DNA of 64,000 nucleotides, from assembly GCA_947302355.1 (NCBI GenBank), contig CAMYUU010000001.1, positions 465-64,464 of the forward strand. The letters are read 5' to 3'. This document shows, piece after piece, positions 61,275-64,000 of this stretch (position 1 is its first letter; every line of letters starts with the position of its first letter). The translations under genes were made by a program, and so were the position numbers. This DNA comes from an uncultured Candidatus Saccharibacteria bacterium. Its GTDB lineage: Bacteria; Patescibacteriota; Saccharimonadia; Saccharimonadales; Saccharimonadaceae. The notes beneath the pieces are model-generated. The model saw only the letters and a program-made list of their open reading frames with translations. It was not told the DNA's origin and searched no databases.

Positions 61275-61937
61275 CTACACTCTGATAACCTCATACTCGA
61301 GATTATCAAGGTTCAACAAGGCACAGACATCGGTTCGGTAGGTTCCCAAATCGATGCAGACCTTGTGGCCTTCGCAGTAGAAATGAGGCTCTATGGGCAC
61401 ACGCCCAAAATAACCACAATCCACCGGAGTGTGTCCGTGTACAACGAAGATTTTCCTAGCCCCGAGTTCCCAGGGGTCGGAAAAGTGATCGCGGTCCCAG
61501 AGGAAGTCGTCGTCCGACAAACTCGTCAAGGCGACTTTCCTTGGAGTGTACCCGGCGTGACTAAGGAGCATGAGCCCCATCTTTGTCACGAGCACTTCCC
61601 TGGTTGGGGTGGAACGCAACTTTTCGAGTATGCGAATCGGACAGCCGTCCGCTCGCCACCCATCGAAAGTCGGTTGACCACCACAACGGTAAACCCAGTG
61701 AATGAAGTTCTCGTGGTCGTTCTCGAGGACTCCATTCACGAACAAGTCGTCGTGGTTACCCTTAATGTAGGTGATGCGCGGATCGGCCAAGATTTCTCTC
61801 AGCATGAGGTACCCATCAGGGCCCCTATCCGCAACATCGCCCAAGCAAAAAAGGCGATCACTAGGACTGGTTCGTTCCTGGATTGCGCGCCACGCATCCA
61901 GATTGCCGTGCAGGTCGGAGAAGGCGAAGTTAGCCAT
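61275..61937 (-). CDS. lambda-type Ser/Thr protein phosphatase (calcineurin-like metallophosphoesterase)
   Basis: 220 aa. FSDLHGN, LGDVADRGPDG, IKGNHDD, VVHGHTP are the PPP-family motifs. GAAAGGAG SD. Confidence 0.8.
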   Translation of the reverse strand: MANFAFSDLHGNLDAWRAIQERTSPSDRLFCLGDVADRGPDGYLMLREILADPRITYIKGNHDDLFVNGVLENDHENFIHWVYRCGGQPTFDGWRADGCPIRILEKLRSTPTREVLVTKMGLMLLSHAGYTPRKVALTSLSDDDFLWDRDHFSDPWELGARKIFVVHGHTPVDCGYFGRVPIEPHFYCEGHKVCIDLGTYRTDVCALLNLDNLEYEVIRV

Positions 61938-62038
61938 GCTAACTCCTTTCTGCGCCGATTTGGCGCGGTTGGGGGATAAAAGACAATAAATCTAATACGT
62001 ATTAATCCTCAGGGGATCCCCACAACCTTCTCCTATTT

Positions 62039-62075
62039 GTGAAACAACGTTTCACCAGCTTACTACTGGTGAAAC
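62039..62075. promoter_or_regulatory. candidate operator: three GTGAAAC half-sites in overlapping inverted repeats
   Basis: GTGAAAC-AAC-GTTTCAC-CAG-CTTACTA-CTG-GTGAAAC. Lies between divergent promoters (TGATAAAAT on the minus strand just upstream; TTGACT-17-TATAAT on the plus strand). Confidence 0.45.
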
Positions 62076-62128
62076 AGTATCTATTTTATCATATATTTGC
62101 ATATAAGTCAATACCATTTGTTTATTCA

Positions 62129-62157
62129 TTGACTTTTTATGGTATTTGTGGTATAAT
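62129..62157 (+). promoter_or_regulatory. consensus promoter TTGACT-17 nt-(TG)nTATAAT
   Basis: TTGACT 62129-62134; TATAAT 62152-62157 preceded by TGG. The 5' UTR contains GGGGTTAT/ATAACCCC and the GGGCAATTGCCC palindrome. Confidence 0.55.
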
Positions 62158-62238
62158 GTAGGTGATATGTAACAGTCGGGGTTATAGATAGTACCTTAAT
62201 AACCCCCCTTTGGGCAATTGCCCAGAAAGGAGCTTCTC

Positions 62239-63201
62239 ATGAGCGAGGAGAACCTGATTGCAGTAGTCCAGATTCTTGCCGAGATGGGGTGTGTTGGCAT
62301 ACTCTTTGACGAGCTGGTCGAGATTGGGCTTCGGCCCACTCAACTGGTTGAGCACATGTCGGCGTACGAGATGTGCTGCCATGCCGAGGATATCCTCGAT
62401 GACGGTATGTCTGCGGACGAGTTTCTTCGCTCGGTAGGCGCAGAAGTTGAGGAGTGCCTCAATGAAGGCAATGACTCCTGTCTCAAAGCCTTGCTCTGCC
62501 ACGGCGCCGATGCGACGATGCTGGTAGAGATGGCTTCAGATGGCTTGACTCCTCAGCACCTCAAGCTCTTTCGAGAGTTCGGTGCAAGCGAGGAAGCAAT
62601 TGCTAAGTCAATTCCCCTCGAGCTGTCGCGTAGTCAGAGGAGGCGATTCGGCCTACAGTTGGAGGACAAGCGCGTGACGGCCCATACCCTTCTCGAGAAT
62701 ATGGATAAGGGTAAGCTCGGGAGGTACTGCGGTGAGGTCTTGGATCTCGGAGTTTATCCCGAGCTTGCGGCCGCTGCCCTCGATCCGATTGACCTGGCAG
62801 ACAACATGGAGGTGCTGATTCAGCATGGAGCAGATCCGAACTCCGTGGCCGCCTTACTTCCGCAGGAGCTTAAGTTCGAGTTCTGCGAGGAGCTAATTGA
62901 GTTGGGCGTGAAGCTCAACGCAAACGAGCTTGTCGAGTACATCAAGAGCGCTAACATTGGAAATCCTGAAGTGGTTTCCTATGTTGCCATCATGACGATG
63001 GACGGCGACGGCCTGTATCTTGATGGCCTGGAAAAGGTCTTCAAGCGTGGCGCGACTAGCTGGCTCGAGGAACGTGACTGGGACGACGAGGGCAACGAGG
63101 ACGATGAAAACGACGAGGATGACGACGGCAATGAGAGCGACGATACTGACGATGATGTCAACTATTATTGGCGCAATAACGTCCTAGGCATCTCGCCGTA
63201 G
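62239..63201 (+). CDS. helical-repeat (ankyrin-like?) protein with poly-acidic C-terminal tail
   Basis: ORF track 62218 (TTG); ATG 62239 has an AAAGGAG SD. LKALLCHGADATML, MEVLIQHGADPNSV and EELIELGVKLNAN recall ankyrin LL..GAD.N ends. Tail is DWDDEGNEDDENDEDDDGNESDDTDDD. Confidence 0.5.
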   Translation: MSEENLIAVVQILAEMGCVGILFDELVEIGLRPTQLVEHMSAYEMCCHAEDILDDGMSADEFLRSVGAEVEECLNEGNDSCLKALLCHGADATMLVEMASDGLTPQHLKLFREFGASEEAIAKSIPLELSRSQRRRFGLQLEDKRVTAHTLLENMDKGKLGRYCGEVLDLGVYPELAAAALDPIDLADNMEVLIQHGADPNSVAALLPQELKFEFCEELIELGVKLNANELVEYIKSANIGNPEVVSYVAIMTMDGDGLYLDGLEKVFKRGATSWLEERDWDDEGNEDDENDEDDDGNESDDTDDDVNYYWRNNVLGISP

Positions 63202-63228
63202 CGCGTCCCAGGCGTTGCACCAAAGGGG

Positions 63229-63259
63229 AAAACCACTCCTATTACGGGAGTGGTTTTCT
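63229..63259. terminator. bidirectional intrinsic terminator
   Basis: GAAAACCACTCC-TATTAC-GGGAGTGGTTTTC between convergent genes. Confidence 0.7.
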
Positions 63260-63271
63260 GTGCCTCAAAAA

Positions 63272-64000
63272 CTATTGTTTTGTTGTCTGATTGCTGGTAG
63301 CTTTAGTCTCTTCTGGTTTCTTTTCTGCCGACTTATCTTTTTTATCTTTTTTGTCACCTTTTACATCTTTCTCTACAGTCCTCAGGGTCTTTTTTGTGCG
63401 ATAGAGATAATATCCACCACCTCCGATACCGAGCACTACAATGATGGCCATGATAATTTCAAGCGGTCCGGTACTTGGAAGTTCTTGGCAGCCTTCCATT
63501 TCTGGATTAGTCTTGCAATTTTTCTCTTGACAGCCAGGGAGGCTTGGGTTGGTTTCACAATTATCCAATGGTATTTCTGGTTCTTCACAATCTGTTTTTT
63601 TGACTATAACGGTGGCGGAATCTTCTTTTGTGTCACCGCTTTCTGTTTCGCTGTCGTAAACTAGTGTAGCATTGTTAACCAATTCCTTTCCCGTACAATC
63701 AAAATCTTCGCCCGCTTTAGCTTTGTAGGTAATATATATTGTATTACCGGTGCCAACCGTGCCAAGATTATAACCAGTGCCTAGTATATTGTCTGATAGT
63801 GGATCTACGGTCGTCGAATCGTTGGCACTTAAGCCTACACTATCTGGAACGAGCGTTAATCCCTCTGGGAGCGAATCTTTAATGGTGACATTAGTGAGTG
63901 CGACATCGCCGGTGTTTCTGATTGCTAAGCGAAAGTAGACTTCTTCATCTGGCGCTATATTAACGCTTTCACCATACTTTAGACCGTCTTTAGAAACGGT
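63272..64000 (-). CDS. LPXTG-anchored surface protein with DUF11-type repeat (5' end beyond window)
   Basis: The frame is open to the window edge. TVSKDGLKYGESVNIAPDEEVYFRLAIRNTGDVALTNVTIKDSLPEGLTLVPDS is the DUF11 'conserved repeat' pattern. C-terminal LPSTG + TM (LEIIMAIIVVLGIGGGGYYLY) + RTKK basic tail. Confidence 0.75.
   Translation of the reverse strand, partial: TVSKDGLKYGESVNIAPDEEVYFRLAIRNTGDVALTNVTIKDSLPEGLTLVPDSVGLSANDSTTVDPLSDNILGTGYNLGTVGTGNTIYITYKAKAGEDFDCTGKELVNNATLVYDSETESGDTKEDSATVIVKKTDCEEPEIPLDNCETNPSLPGCQEKNCKTNPEMEGCQELPSTGPLEIIMAIIVVLGIGGGGYYLYRTKKTLRTVEKDVKGDKKDKKDKSAEKKPEETKATSNQTTKQ

Noticed and set aside
61011-61979. 322-aa plus-strand ORF spanning the high-G+C island
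   Set aside because: It runs antisense across two minus-strand genes that have good SDs and recognisable motifs (the PPP phosphatase). Its product is Arg/Pro/Ser-rich low-complexity. Long antisense ORFs are expected in high-G+C DNA.
1-64000. Alternative genetic code (UGA as a sense codon, as in some CPR lineages), CRISPR arrays, inteins or introns in gyrA/dnaE/nrdD/comM
   Set aside because: Long genes are uninterrupted under the standard code, and TGA is used as a genuine stop (e.g. 32488-32490). No spaced direct-repeat array was seen. Protein lengths and motif order leave no room for inteins.

Overview
64-kb chromosomal window from a small-genome bacterium of moderate to low G+C. Gene content: gyrB-gyrA, comM, infC-rpmI-rplT-rpmB, a rimK cluster, miaA-thrS, rel, xth-smpB, dnaE, galU, nrdD-nrdG, minimal sufB/D-sufC, prfA-prmC, htrA, lepB, parB-parA and rplU. 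Together with trimmed housekeeping proteins (ThrS without a TGS domain, short Rel), a 1723-aa B-repeat/FISUMP surface protein and LPXTG-type proteins, this fits a Patescibacteria/CPR, Saccharibacteria-like organism. That placement is inference only; the standard genetic code fits. RNA genes found by eye are tmRNA (11082-11436), RNase P RNA (14829-15168, minus), tRNA-Val(UAC), tRNA-Thr(CGU) and tRNA-Val(CAC). I recognised no rRNA, CRISPR array, transposase or integrase. Worth a second look: (1) A family of GC-rich palindromic mini-elements. Three copies are translated in-frame, in two different frames, inside the 5' ends of gyrA, sufB/D and miaA. A fourth sits beside a duplicated tRNA-Val 3' end. 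Other palindromes that start at stop codons bracket a lipid-synthesis gene and follow rplU. Most copies are flanked by copy-specific inverted repeats of local sequence. (2) Patches of visibly higher G+C carry orphan or unexpected genes: a sigma-r4/alpha-CTD fusion, an orphan ORF, an archaemetzincin and a YdcK-like beta-helix around tRNA-Val(CAC), and a lambda-type phosphatase / ankyrin-like / unknown trio with a triple GTGAAAC operator. (3) nrdD ends exactly where the glycyl-radical loop should be. (4) About ten genes have an extended -10 box 6-7 nt from the ATG, suggesting leaderless mRNAs. (5) A structured leader with SD/anti-SD pairing precedes a Nudix-RNase H fusion gene.
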